DNA of 64,000 bases, taken from NCBI GenBank assembly GCA_964597545.1, contig CAZQXN010000001.1, forward strand, positions 69,655-133,654, read 5' to 3'. The position numbers were made by a program, and so were the translations under genes. Origin of the DNA: an uncultured Planctomycetia bacterium. Its GTDB lineage: Bacteria > Omnitrophota > Gorgyraeia > 1-14-0-20-64-10. Positions within the stretch are counted from its first letter, which is position 1, and every line of letters begins with the position of its first letter. Positions 35,996 through 45,893 of this stretch are shown here, in pieces. The notes under the pieces were generated by a model. It saw only the letters and a program-made list of their open reading frames with translations, was not told the DNA's origin and did no database searches.

Positions 35996-37909
35996 ATGGC
36001 ACGCACACTTGAGGAGTGGCATCTGGACGATTACTTGAGGACCCTGGCGCTCAACAAGTGGTTTATCCTGCTGATCACAGCCATCGCGGTTGGGGTTTCG
36101 GTGGCTTCTCTCTCGCAAAAACCAGATCGCTACACCACCACCGCACAAATCCTCATTGAGACCGAGCCTCCCCGGTATCTTAAATTCCAACAGGAAGGAT
36201 CCTCGCACGGACAGTCTTGGGACAAGCGTTTCCTGGAGACAGAGTATTACCTTATTTCAAGCCCTGTTGTTTTGGATCGCGTGGCCGAGACATTACGCCT
36301 CGCAGACTTTGCCCCCTTTTCTAACGCAGCGGATCCAACCGAACAACTTGCTGCGATGGTTTCCGTCCAGCCCCTCCGGGGGACAAAGCTAGTGGATGTC
36401 AAGGTGACCGGCGAAAAACCGGAGCTGATTTCCAAGATCGCCGATGCGGTGGCAGATACGTATGTTCGGTTTAACTTAGAGCGCCGGCGATCCCTCACCA
36501 CGGGGGGGCTGTATTGGATCCGGGAAGAGCTGCGCAAGATGGAAGGTCGCATTCAAGCTTCCCAGGAACAGCTTCGCGTACTTTTGGCAAAACACCCGGA
36601 CATCGATATGAGCGCAGAGCAGCAGAGGGCAGTGCTTCGGCGCCTGCAGAGCTTAAACACTGCTCTGACGAATACACGCAAGGAGCGCATTGAAGCGCAG
36701 GCCCGTTTTCGCGAAAAGCACCCCAAGATCTTAGAGCTGGCAGCCAAGGAAAAAGAGCTGAGCCTGGCCCTCTTTGACCAGGAGCAAAGCGCCCTGGAGG
36801 CCAATCGAATTTCCATCCAGTACAGCGCCCTTGAGCGAGAGGTCAAGACCGGCGAGCAGATCTACAATATTCTGCTGACCCGAATGAAGCAGCTCGCAGT
36901 CCAGGAGGGGCTGGAGACCAACAATGTGCAGGTGGTCAACCATGCTAGAATTCCCATTAAACCGTTCGCACCCAACCGGCAATCCGTTTTGTGGGGCGCT
37001 ATTCTGTTGGGCCTGGTGGTCGGGGGCAGCTTGAGCATTCTGCGCACGGCGCTGGCTAAGGTGATTCTCACGCGCCAAGAGTTCGAGGAGATTGTCGGTA
37101 TACCGTACTTGGGGCAGATCCCCTCTGTCCCCAGGCGGATACACAGCAGCAATAAACAACTACCCCTTCTGAATGCACCTCAATCCTCTGCCGCAGAAGC
37201 AATCCGGGGTATCCGAACAAGCCTTGCCTTTATCGTCTCTGGCAAAGGATCGCATGTGCTGGTGGTTACCAGCGCTCTGCCGGAGGAAGGGAAATCGCTG
37301 ACCTGCGCCAATCTGGCCATCGGACTCAAAGAGCTGGGCGAAGAGGTACTGTTGATCGATGCGGACATGCGCCGCCCCTCCGTCCACCAGCGCTTCAATC
37401 TGCCCCTGGCTCCGGGTTTGAGCGCTTATCTCCAGCATCGGGTAAATGTCGAGGATTTGGTACAATCTACTCAAGGGGCCAGAGGGCTTTCTGTGATCTC
37501 GGCTGGGACAAACGTTTTGCACCCCAGTGATCTCTTGGCCAGTGAACGCATGGGGGAGCTGCTGCGCTTGAGCCGGGAGCGGTATCGGTTCTGCCTCATA
37601 GATACGCCACCGGTGCTGGCTGTCCCGGATACAGCGGCTCTCTCCAAGTTTGTGGATGGAGCCATCTATGTGGTGCGGGGAAACCGAACGCATCAAGAGG
37701 CCGCCCAGGCGGGGAAGGCCAGGCTTTCCGATGTGGGCATCCGGGTGGTTGGGGGGATTCTGAATGCCGTGCCTATTAAGATTGCCCGACATTATCCTGA
37801 CGCCTATTACCCCAGGAGCTATACGGTCAGCGGTGACTGGGAGAAGGGGCCCGTGACAAAATCGGATTTTTCATCGGAGATAAACCGTGAAGGCTCTCAA
37901 CCCGGATAA
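35996..37909 (+). CDS. wzc: Polysaccharide co-polymerase / tyrosine autokinase (Wzc-like), copy 1
   Basis: Two TMs flanking coiled coil; TSALPEEGKS, IDADMRRP, IDTPP. Confidence 0.9.
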   Translation: MARTLEEWHLDDYLRTLALNKWFILLITAIAVGVSVASLSQKPDRYTTTAQILIETEPPRYLKFQQEGSSHGQSWDKRFLETEYYLISSPVVLDRVAETLRLADFAPFSNAADPTEQLAAMVSVQPLRGTKLVDVKVTGEKPELISKIADAVADTYVRFNLERRRSLTTGGLYWIREELRKMEGRIQASQEQLRVLLAKHPDIDMSAEQQRAVLRRLQSLNTALTNTRKERIEAQARFREKHPKILELAAKEKELSLALFDQEQSALEANRISIQYSALEREVKTGEQIYNILLTRMKQLAVQEGLETNNVQVVNHARIPIKPFAPNRQSVLWGAILLGLVVGGSLSILRTALAKVILTRQEFEEIVGIPYLGQIPSVPRRIHSSNKQLPLLNAPQSSAAEAIRGIRTSLAFIVSGKGSHVLVVTSALPEEGKSLTCANLAIGLKELGEEVLLIDADMRRPSVHQRFNLPLAPGLSAYLQHRVNVEDLVQSTQGARGLSVISAGTNVLHPSDLLASERMGELLRLSRERYRFCLIDTPPVLAVPDTAALSKFVDGAIYVVRGNRTHQEAAQAGKARLSDVGIRVVGGILNAVPIKIARHYPDAYYPRSYTVSGDWEKGPVTKSDFSSEINREGSQPG

Positions 37910-37925
37910 GGGGACCGTGTAACCC

Positions 37926-39872
37926 ATGGCGCGCTCGCTCGAGGAGTGGCAGCTAGACGATTATCTGCGAAGCCTGCTGCTTCACAAGTGGGGCATCCTT
38001 CTGATCACCCTCCTTTTCGGCGGATACACAGCCCTTCAGATGGCCCAACAGCCCAACATCTATAGGGCAGCCACTCGAATCCTGATCGAAACAGACACGC
38101 CGCGGTATCTTCGGTTCCAAGAGGTGATGCCTTACGGTGGCAGGGGGTCGGACCGCGAATTCCTTCAAACCGAGTATCAGGTAATCGCTAGCCGCGCGGT
38201 CATGTCCCAGGTCGTCGACAACCTCCACCTGGCAGCCTTCCCTCCTTTCTCGCGTGCCAAGGATCCGGTACGCCGCCTGCAGTCCATGGTCGCTGTCCAG
38301 CCGGTCCGGGGAACCAAGCTCGTGGACATCGGGGCCACCGGACTCAAGCCTGAGCTCATCTCCAGGATTGCCGATTCTGTTGCAGATACCTATGCGCGCC
38401 TTAATCTGGAGCGCCGGCGGAGCCTCACGAGCGGCGGCATCGGGTGGATTCAGAAAGAGCTCGAGAAGATGGAGGAGAAGATCCAGGCTGCCCAGCAGGG
38501 ACTCCACAACTTCCTGGAGGAAAATTCGGGGGTTGACTTCGGGGTGGAGCAGCAGAAGTCGGTTCTTCAGCGCCTTCAAGCCCTAAACGCCGCCTTGACC
38601 AATACGCGCAAGGAACGCATTGAGGCTCAAACCCGGTTCCGGCAGAAGCACCCCAAGATCCTGGAGCTGCAGGCCAAGGAACAGGAGCTGCAGCTTGCCC
38701 TCTTTGATCAGGAGCAAAGAGCCCTTGAGGCCAACCGGCTCTCCATCCAGTACAGCGCCCTCCATCGGGAGGTCAAGACCAGCGAGCAGATCTACAACAT
38801 TTTGCTCACCCGCATGAAACAGCTTTCGGTTCAGGAGGGGCTCGAAACCAACAATGTGCAGGTGGTGGATTACGCCATCGTTCCGGATTTCCCCATCGGG
38901 CCTCCGCGGCGAAGCCGCACCAGTTCCTCCGCCATGGTCGGTTTTGCAATCGGCTGCGGCCTGGCAATCTTGAGGGAGCTCTTAAGCCGCACCATCCGAA
39001 CGCGCCAGGAGTTCGAACAGCTCCTGGAGATACCCTTCCTTGGACACCTGCCCATGGTTCAAAAAGAGCACTTGAAGCGCGGGGCCGCAACATTCGTGGC
39101 GCCCAACATTGCCCTCGGCGGCTTTGGCGAAGCGCTGCGCTCAGTCAGAACTACCCTTGAATTCGTGCTGCCTTCGGCGGAGTCTCATTTATTGCTCGTT
39201 ACCAGCTCCCTTCCGGAAGAAGGCAAAACCTTCTGCTCGGTGAACTTGGCCGTCGCGCTCCATGAACTCGGACGTAAGGTGCTCCTTATAGATGGAGATT
39301 TGCGCCGCCCTTCGCTTCATCGCATGCTGAAAATCCCGCTTGAGCCGGGCTTGAGCGGTTTCTTAGAGGGCCGTATCGGCGAGGAGGAGTTAATCCAAAC
39401 GGTTCCCTCCATAGAGGGGTTCCCGGTGGTGGCGGCCGGCATGTCACCCACGCAACCCACCGATCTTCTGAGCAGCCCGAAGTTGGCGGAACTGCTCAAG
39501 AGTTGGAGAGCACAGTTCCAGTACATCCTCATCGACTCGCCGCCTACATTGGTGGCTGCAGATTCGGTCGTTCTGGCCTCAGCGACAGATGGTGTTATCT
39601 TCGTTGTTCGGGCCAACCGGACACACGACGAGGCGGCCATCGCCGGAAAGCAGCGGCTCGTCGATGTAGGGGCAAAAATCCTTGGAGGGATATTGAACGT
39701 CGCCAACCTCCAGATGGAGCGGGGCTACCGGTACTACTATTCCTATCGCTACTATCACTCCAAGGGGTACGGGAAAGAGCGCAGAGGGCACCGCCCCTCC
39801 CGCCGCGCCTCGGGTGACTCGGGAATCTCCCCAATCGGGCCTACGCCCGGTGGGCCAGATGAAACAACCTGA
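37926..39872 (+). CDS. wzc: Polysaccharide co-polymerase / tyrosine autokinase (Wzc-like), copy 2
   Basis: TSSLPEEGKT, IDGDLRRP, IDSPP, Tyr cluster GYRYYYSYRYY. Confidence 0.92.
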   Translation: MARSLEEWQLDDYLRSLLLHKWGILLITLLFGGYTALQMAQQPNIYRAATRILIETDTPRYLRFQEVMPYGGRGSDREFLQTEYQVIASRAVMSQVVDNLHLAAFPPFSRAKDPVRRLQSMVAVQPVRGTKLVDIGATGLKPELISRIADSVADTYARLNLERRRSLTSGGIGWIQKELEKMEEKIQAAQQGLHNFLEENSGVDFGVEQQKSVLQRLQALNAALTNTRKERIEAQTRFRQKHPKILELQAKEQELQLALFDQEQRALEANRLSIQYSALHREVKTSEQIYNILLTRMKQLSVQEGLETNNVQVVDYAIVPDFPIGPPRRSRTSSSAMVGFAIGCGLAILRELLSRTIRTRQEFEQLLEIPFLGHLPMVQKEHLKRGAATFVAPNIALGGFGEALRSVRTTLEFVLPSAESHLLLVTSSLPEEGKTFCSVNLAVALHELGRKVLLIDGDLRRPSLHRMLKIPLEPGLSGFLEGRIGEEELIQTVPSIEGFPVVAAGMSPTQPTDLLSSPKLAELLKSWRAQFQYILIDSPPTLVAADSVVLASATDGVIFVVRANRTHDEAAIAGKQRLVDVGAKILGGILNVANLQMERGYRYYYSYRYYHSKGYGKERRGHRPSRRASGDSGISPIGPTPGGPDETT

Positions 39873-39954
39873 TTCCTTGGGATGGCTGATGTCCGCAACC
39901 GTTATACCTGCGGAACCTTTCGTTCTTCGACCTGGCTGCACTCGCTGAACACCT

Positions 39955-41376
39955 ATGGTTAAAACTCAAAAAAACACCTCTGGGGTGTGGGGAACCATCT
40001 CTGTGCTGGCCGCAGCCTGGATCATCCTGTATGTTACGAAATTCCGCTGGGCAAGCGCCGAAGAAGCGCACTGGACGGCACTGCTCTATGTGCTGTGCTG
40101 CATTCCAACCGTCGCTTTTGTCGCCGGACATAAGTTTCGCATTCCGCTCATGCCGATGTGGGGCCTCGGTTATTTCATGCTTTTCGGCGTTCCTCTTCTG
40201 GGAGAAGCAGAATTGGGGGTGTTCGGCTGGATACCCTCAGAGCTTGTCGCAGCAGCGCTTCGATTGACGGTTGCAGGGGCTCTGGCCTGCCTGATCGCAT
40301 TCTACTCGCCTCTAGGCCAGCTGGTGGAAAGTTTTGTTCCGCATCTGAAGCTTCCCTGGGATGTAGAGCGAGCTCCAAAAATAGGAATCGCCCTCATCAT
40401 CGTCGGTCTTGCCTGTTACTACTATAAATTGACTTCGCCGCCCTCCTTGGTAATGGGGCAGCTTGTATTTCTGCTGTCGCAGCTGGTTATTGTCGGCTCC
40501 CTTACACTGTTTCTCCTTCAGCTGCGAGGACATCTCTCCCGCATGCTCAAGGTTTTCCTGTGGGGTGTCACTATACCGATATTGTTCCTGATGGGATTGG
40601 GGACGGGAGCTCTTTGGCAGGTCATCCGGAGCTTGGCCCCCTTGTTGTTCTGCTACGCTGCCGAACGCCGCAGGCTCCCGTGGGTTGGGATGGCTGTTCT
40701 GGCCATCAGCATCATCCCATTTCTGGGCTTTAAGCATGAGTATCGCTCGTACGCCTGGCATAGGGAAGAGCCCGAAACCATGGCCGCGCCCCCTTCGCCG
40801 ATCGAGCGAGGTTTGGCCTTTGTTCGGCTGACCAGCCAACGCCTGACCGAAGGGGGCGTGGAAAGTTACGCCGTGGCGGCAGAAACAGCAGAGGCTCGAG
40901 TGAATCACCTGCAAGTTCTCGCTACCGTCATGGACATGACGCCTTCCCTGATCCCTTACTGGCGCGGAGAAACTTATCAAACGCTCTGGTGGGTGCTTGT
41001 TCCTCGGTTTCTGTTCCCAGAGAAACCCACCAAGATGCTGGGACAAGAATTTGGTCACCGCTACAGCCTTCTTCATCCGGAGGATTTCACGACCTCCTTC
41101 AACCTTCCACACCAAGTCATCGAGATGTACATCAACTTTGGCACCATCGGTGTGGTCATCGGGATGATCGTCGTGGGGCTGGTCTACCGGACCACTCTGA
41201 CGCTGCTCAGCCACCCGGACTCCGGTGAGCGCGGTATCATCATCGGTTGCGCGCTGCTGGGCAACCTCATGGCCCTGGACAGTGACTTCTCTCTTGTGTT
41301 CGGAGGGCTGTTCTACTACGTTGCGCTGATGGCCTTCTTCACGCGATTCCTCCAGCCGAGGACATCAACGGCCTGA
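39955..41376 (+). CDS. Putative Wzy-type polysaccharide polymerase
   Basis: Multi-TM with periplasmic loop; GETY..VPRFLFPEKP, EMYINFG. Confidence 0.7.
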   Translation: MVKTQKNTSGVWGTISVLAAAWIILYVTKFRWASAEEAHWTALLYVLCCIPTVAFVAGHKFRIPLMPMWGLGYFMLFGVPLLGEAELGVFGWIPSELVAAALRLTVAGALACLIAFYSPLGQLVESFVPHLKLPWDVERAPKIGIALIIVGLACYYYKLTSPPSLVMGQLVFLLSQLVIVGSLTLFLLQLRGHLSRMLKVFLWGVTIPILFLMGLGTGALWQVIRSLAPLLFCYAAERRRLPWVGMAVLAISIIPFLGFKHEYRSYAWHREEPETMAAPPSPIERGLAFVRLTSQRLTEGGVESYAVAAETAEARVNHLQVLATVMDMTPSLIPYWRGETYQTLWWVLVPRFLFPEKPTKMLGQEFGHRYSLLHPEDFTTSFNLPHQVIEMYINFGTIGVVIGMIVVGLVYRTTLTLLSHPDSGERGIIIGCALLGNLMALDSDFSLVFGGLFYYVALMAFFTRFLQPRTSTA

Positions 41377-42239
41377 TGAAACCGCCCGTCACCGCAGTGG
41401 TGTTAACCCTCAACGAGGAGCTGAATCTCCCCGCCTGTCTGGATTCGCTTGGGGGCTTGTGCAAGCAAACCTTTGTTGTCGACTCCGGCAGCACGGATCG
41501 AACGGCAGAGATCGCCCAGCGGTTCGGAGCACAGGTGATTCAGCACCCGTTCGAAACCCACGCCAAGCAATGGAATTGGGCGTTTCAGCGCTTGCCTATC
41601 ACCGGCGAATGGGTTCTCGCTCTGGATGCGGACCAGCGCGTCACGCCGGAACTTAAAGATGAGATTCTCCACGCCCTGCCCGAGACTCCCGATGAGGTCG
41701 CCGGCTACTACCTCCCCCGCAAGCAGTTCTTCCGGGGACGCTGGATTCGCTGGGGAGGCTACTGGCCAAAGCATCTGTTGAAATTGTTCCGGAGGGGTGC
41801 AGCGCATTCAGATGAACAAGAGCTCGTGGACTTCCGATTCTACGTGAGAGGAGAAACCCGCTGCCTGAAACAGCCTCTCATTGAAGAGAATCTCAAGGAG
41901 CGACACATCGCATTCTGGCTGCAGAAACATCTACGCTTCATCGATCTGCAAGCGCAGGAAGAATACCGAAGGCGGCACCGCCGGGTAGGATGGGCCATCC
42001 CGCCGGCGCCCCTGGGAACGCCGGATCAGCGGGTGCTATTTTGGAAGCGGATTTGGTATTGGATGCCCCGTTATGCCAGACCCTTTCTCTACTATGGGCA
42101 CCGCTACATCTTCCAGCTTGGGGTGCTGGATGGTCGGCAAGGGGCCCTGTTCCATTTCTTGCAGGCGTTCTGGCTAAGGCTTATGATTGATGTTCGGCTG
42201 GGAGAGCTTGAACGAGCAGATAAGATCTCGCTATCGTGA
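41376..42239 (+). CDS. Glycosyltransferase family 2
   Basis: LTLNEE, VDSGSTDRT, LDAD. Confidence 0.92.
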   Translation: MKPPVTAVVLTLNEELNLPACLDSLGGLCKQTFVVDSGSTDRTAEIAQRFGAQVIQHPFETHAKQWNWAFQRLPITGEWVLALDADQRVTPELKDEILHALPETPDEVAGYYLPRKQFFRGRWIRWGGYWPKHLLKLFRRGAAHSDEQELVDFRFYVRGETRCLKQPLIEENLKERHIAFWLQKHLRFIDLQAQEEYRRRHRRVGWAIPPAPLGTPDQRVLFWKRIWYWMPRYARPFLYYGHRYIFQLGVLDGRQGALFHFLQAFWLRLMIDVRLGELERADKISLS

Positions 42240-42970
42240 TCAACGAATGGAGCCCCGAAGCGTGGGAGGCTTACTGCACCGCCAATCCAGCCAGACGCAT
42301 CAAAATGGAACGAGACCGCCAGTTGGCATCAGAGCTACTGGGCAGCAGAGGGAATGCGCGCCTCCTCGAAGCCGGCTGCGGATACGGAAGGCTCACCCCC
42401 ACCCTGCTTCAGAGCGGTCGAGTAGTCGTCATGGATCGGGAGCTTAAAATGGTCCGGGCAGTCTGCAAAGGGTTGGGCCGCAGGTTATCCGGTGTTGTGT
42501 CGAACATCGAGAAGCTCTCGGTCCGTCCTGGGGCGTTTGATGCTGTGGTGTGCATCGGAGTTCTCATGCACCTGCGCGATCCCCTGAAAGCCACCGAAGA
42601 ACTCGCCCAAACCGTCAAACCGGGAGGGAAATTGATCTTGAGCTGGAACAACAGCTGGTCCCCTTGGGCGTGGTTGCTCGCCGGCTGGGCCCGCCGCCCC
42701 GGTGCGCTGCCCCAAAGGTTTTTGAGCAGGCAGCGGCTCTTGCGAAAACTGCAGCAACTCGGATTCTCCATCCGGATTGTGCGGGGCGACGCACTGATCC
42801 CGCTTGCGGCGTCGATCCCGGGAATCCAGCGATCCTTGTGGCCCTTGTGGCTGGCGAGGATGGCTGTTCGGATTGAGCGATGGCCGGGCGCGCGCCGCTT
42901 ATTGGCAGCGCAGGGTTATGAGCTATTTGCCTTGGCCCAGCGGAGAGCAGAACCCCTGTGCTCATCCTAG
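42236..42970 (+). CDS. Class I SAM-dependent methyltransferase
   Basis: LLEAGCGYG, FDAVVC..VLMH, VKPGG. Confidence 0.88.
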   Translation: MINEWSPEAWEAYCTANPARRIKMERDRQLASELLGSRGNARLLEAGCGYGRLTPTLLQSGRVVVMDRELKMVRAVCKGLGRRLSGVVSNIEKLSVRPGAFDAVVCIGVLMHLRDPLKATEELAQTVKPGGKLILSWNNSWSPWAWLLAGWARRPGALPQRFLSRQRLLRKLQQLGFSIRIVRGDALIPLAASIPGIQRSLWPLWLARMAVRIERWPGARRLLAAQGYELFALAQRRAEPLCSS

Positions 42971-44700
42971 GCATCAACGCCTATCACGCCGATGCCTCCG
43001 CTGCTCTGTTGTGCGACGGAAGGCTGATCGCGGCAGCCGAGGAAGAGCGTTTCGTTCGAATCAAGCACGTTTCCGGCTTCCCGTCGAAAGCCATCCGGTA
43101 CTGCCTTAAGGCGGGAGGCGTTCGTCCGGAAGATCTTGGCGCCATCGCCATCTCCCGCAACCCCAGAGCACACCTTCTGCCCAGGGCCTGGGCAGCGTTC
43201 CGCAGGGGCTTGAATCGCCAGGCGCTCCAAGACCGCCTGGCCAATCTGGTCAGCGTTCAGAACGTCAAGAAGGCGTTGGCGTACGCGCTCGAGGTGCCCC
43301 CTAAGCGTCTCAAAGCGAAAACCTACTTTGCAGAACATCATCGCGCCCACACCGCATCAAGCTTCTATCCATCCGGCTGGGAGGAGGCCGTGGTTCTCTC
43401 GCTGGACGGATTGGGTGACTTCATGAGTGGCGCTTGGGGAATGGGGCGGGGAAATCGTTTGTTCATCCATGGAGGGGTCTCATTCCCTCACTCATTGGGC
43501 ATCCTGTACACCGCCATCACGCAATTCCTGGGATTCTCCTTTTACGGGGATGAATACAAGGTGATGGGTCTGGCGGCATACGGCAGACCGGAACGGTACC
43601 GGCAGGCGATGGCCACCTTGGTTCAGGAGGGGAAGCGTCGGGGGTACCGGCTGGGACTTCAATATTTCCGACACCAGGCAGCGGGCGCCCTCATGACGTG
43701 GGCCAGCGGGGCCCCTTCGCTGGAACCCCTGTTCGCACCCTCTCTAGAAAAACTGCTGGGGCCCGCCCGCCAACCCCAGGATGCGTTAGAAGAGCGACAT
43801 GCCGACATCGCCGCTGCCCTGCAGGAGCGCTTGGAACAGGTTGTCTTTCGCCTCATGCAGGCTCTTGCTGTGCGGTACAGAAGCTCCCGGCTCTGCTATG
43901 CGGGGGGTGTTGCGCTGAACTGCACGCTCAACGGCAAGATCACCCAACAGACCCCTTTTCGCCACCTCTTCATTCAGCCCGCTGCATATGATGGCGGAAC
44001 TTCTTTGGGGGCAGCGCTTTATGTTGCGCACCACCTACAGGGGCGGCCTCGCGCTCTTGTCATGACCCACGCGGCGTGGGGTCCTGATGTCGATGAAGAG
44101 AGGTGTCGCCAAGCCCTGGACCAACAGGGTGTTCCGTTCCGGAGATTGAATGAGGCAAGTCTATGTGAGGCAGCGGCAGCGGCCTTGTCCAAAGGTAAAA
44201 TTGTGGGATGGTTCCAGGGGCGGATGGAATTCGGCCCTCGAGCCCTGGGGCACCGATCGCTTCTGGCAGATCCCAGGGATCCAAAAATGAAAGAGCGCAT
44301 CAATGCGTGCGTTAAGCGACGGGAGTCGTTCCGTCCATTTGCCCCCTCGATTTTGACGGAAGCGCTCCCGGCTTACTTTCCAGGCGCGCGCCCGGATCCC
44401 TTCATGCTGTTTACCGCTCCGGCGGATGACGGCCTTAAAACGCGCATTCCCGCTGTCGTACACGCAGACAGCACAGGGCGACTTCAAGCGGTCGATCCAG
44501 AAGTCGATCCACTCTTCTGGAAACTGCTCAAGACCTTTGAAACCCGCACGGGGGTACCGGTCCTGCTCAACACCTCATTCAACGAGCAGGAACCGATTGT
44601 CTGCCATCCAAAAGAGGCTCTGGCCTGTTTCCAGCGCAACGGCGTGGACTGTTTAGCGCTCGGCCCCTTCTGGGTAGAACAAAAACGGGGAGCAGCATGA
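42958..44700 (+). CDS. Carbamoyltransferase (NodU/CmcH family)
   Basis: HADASAAL..EEERF, EHHRAH, EYKVMGLA, GRMEFGPRALGHRS, LNTSFN. Confidence 0.94.
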   Translation: MLILGINAYHADASAALLCDGRLIAAAEEERFVRIKHVSGFPSKAIRYCLKAGGVRPEDLGAIAISRNPRAHLLPRAWAAFRRGLNRQALQDRLANLVSVQNVKKALAYALEVPPKRLKAKTYFAEHHRAHTASSFYPSGWEEAVVLSLDGLGDFMSGAWGMGRGNRLFIHGGVSFPHSLGILYTAITQFLGFSFYGDEYKVMGLAAYGRPERYRQAMATLVQEGKRRGYRLGLQYFRHQAAGALMTWASGAPSLEPLFAPSLEKLLGPARQPQDALEERHADIAAALQERLEQVVFRLMQALAVRYRSSRLCYAGGVALNCTLNGKITQQTPFRHLFIQPAAYDGGTSLGAALYVAHHLQGRPRALVMTHAAWGPDVDEERCRQALDQQGVPFRRLNEASLCEAAAAALSKGKIVGWFQGRMEFGPRALGHRSLLADPRDPKMKERINACVKRRESFRPFAPSILTEALPAYFPGARPDPFMLFTAPADDGLKTRIPAVVHADSTGRLQAVDPEVDPLFWKLLKTFETRTGVPVLLNTSFNEQEPIVCHPKEALACFQRNGVDCLALGPFWVEQKRGAA

Positions 44701-45893
44701 AGGTTCTCCACGTCGTTGCCTCCCTGGCGTTAAGACACGGCGGCTCTACGATGAGCGTACGGGAGCTCTGCCGAGGGCTGGCACGCACCGGCATGGAGGT
44801 GGAGATACTGACAACCCTCCGAGGATACAACCCGAAGGTGGACGGCCCTGACGACGAATCGCTGAAAGAGACAGGGGTGAAGATTCAATACGTCCCTGTC
44901 CACCCATGGCGCTGGCTCGGACAGGGCTATGCTTACAGCCCAGTTTTTCGCCGCGTACTGGAACAGGCCGCCGCTCATTCAGACATCGTGCACATCCACG
45001 CCCTATGGCTCCATACTACCTACGCCGCCTCGCGCCTGTGCCAAAAGCGTCAAACCCCCTATGTTCTGTCTCCCTGCGGACTGCTGGACCCTTACGGATT
45101 CCGTTCCCGAGGCATCCTCAAGTGGCCTTACGGATTCCTGATCGAGCGCAAAACCCTCAGGGGTGCAGCAAGTATCCATTTCACAAGCGACTTGGAACAG
45201 CGCAGGGCGTTCAGGTTCGGCGTCACACAACCCACTGAAGTTGTCCCTTGCGCCATTCAAACACAAGACATTCCGAACCCATCCCCCGGGGCTTTCCGGG
45301 CACGGCACCCCGAGGCGGGGAACCGCAAAATCCTTCTGTTTCTCGGACGCCTTCATCCGAAAAAGCGGCCGGATTTCGTCGCCAAAACGTTCGTCCAGAT
45401 CGCCCGCCGCCGCAACGACATCCATCTTGTGGTTGCGGGCCCCGATGGCGGTGCCGGCTCAACCGTTCAGCAAATCCTCCGCCGGTCCGGATTGATGGAC
45501 CGCGCAACGCTTCCGGGCCTGCTCTCAGGCCCAGATAAATGGGCGGCTCTATACGACAGCAGCCTCTTCCTCCTTCCCTCTCTTGACGAAAATTTCGGCA
45601 TTGCCGTTCTGGAAGCCATGGCAGCGCGCCTACCCGTTCTCATTTCCCCTGAGGTGGGACTGGCCGATACGGTTGCCGGCGCTGGAGCTGGTGTCGTTGT
45701 TCAAGGCAATATAGAAAAATGGGTTTCTGCGGCCGAAGGCCTTCTGGGCAACCCGGAACGCTGCAGGCAAATGGGGAGGGCGGGGCGGCACCTTGCGATG
45801 AGCAGGTTTTCCGGCGACCACGTCGCCTCCATCACGAAAGACCTCTATGGCGCCATCATCAAAGAGGCGCACCAGGACTGCCGTGCCCGCTGA
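44697..45893 (+). CDS. Glycosyltransferase family 4
   Basis: LFLGRLHPKK, LPSLDENFGIAVLEAMA. Confidence 0.92.
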   Translation: MKVLHVVASLALRHGGSTMSVRELCRGLARTGMEVEILTTLRGYNPKVDGPDDESLKETGVKIQYVPVHPWRWLGQGYAYSPVFRRVLEQAAAHSDIVHIHALWLHTTYAASRLCQKRQTPYVLSPCGLLDPYGFRSRGILKWPYGFLIERKTLRGAASIHFTSDLEQRRAFRFGVTQPTEVVPCAIQTQDIPNPSPGAFRARHPEAGNRKILLFLGRLHPKKRPDFVAKTFVQIARRRNDIHLVVAGPDGGAGSTVQQILRRSGLMDRATLPGLLSGPDKWAALYDSSLFLLPSLDENFGIAVLEAMAARLPVLISPEVGLADTVAGAGAGVVVQGNIEKWVSAAEGLLGNPERCRQMGRAGRHLAMSRFSGDHVASITKDLYGAIIKEAHQDCRAR

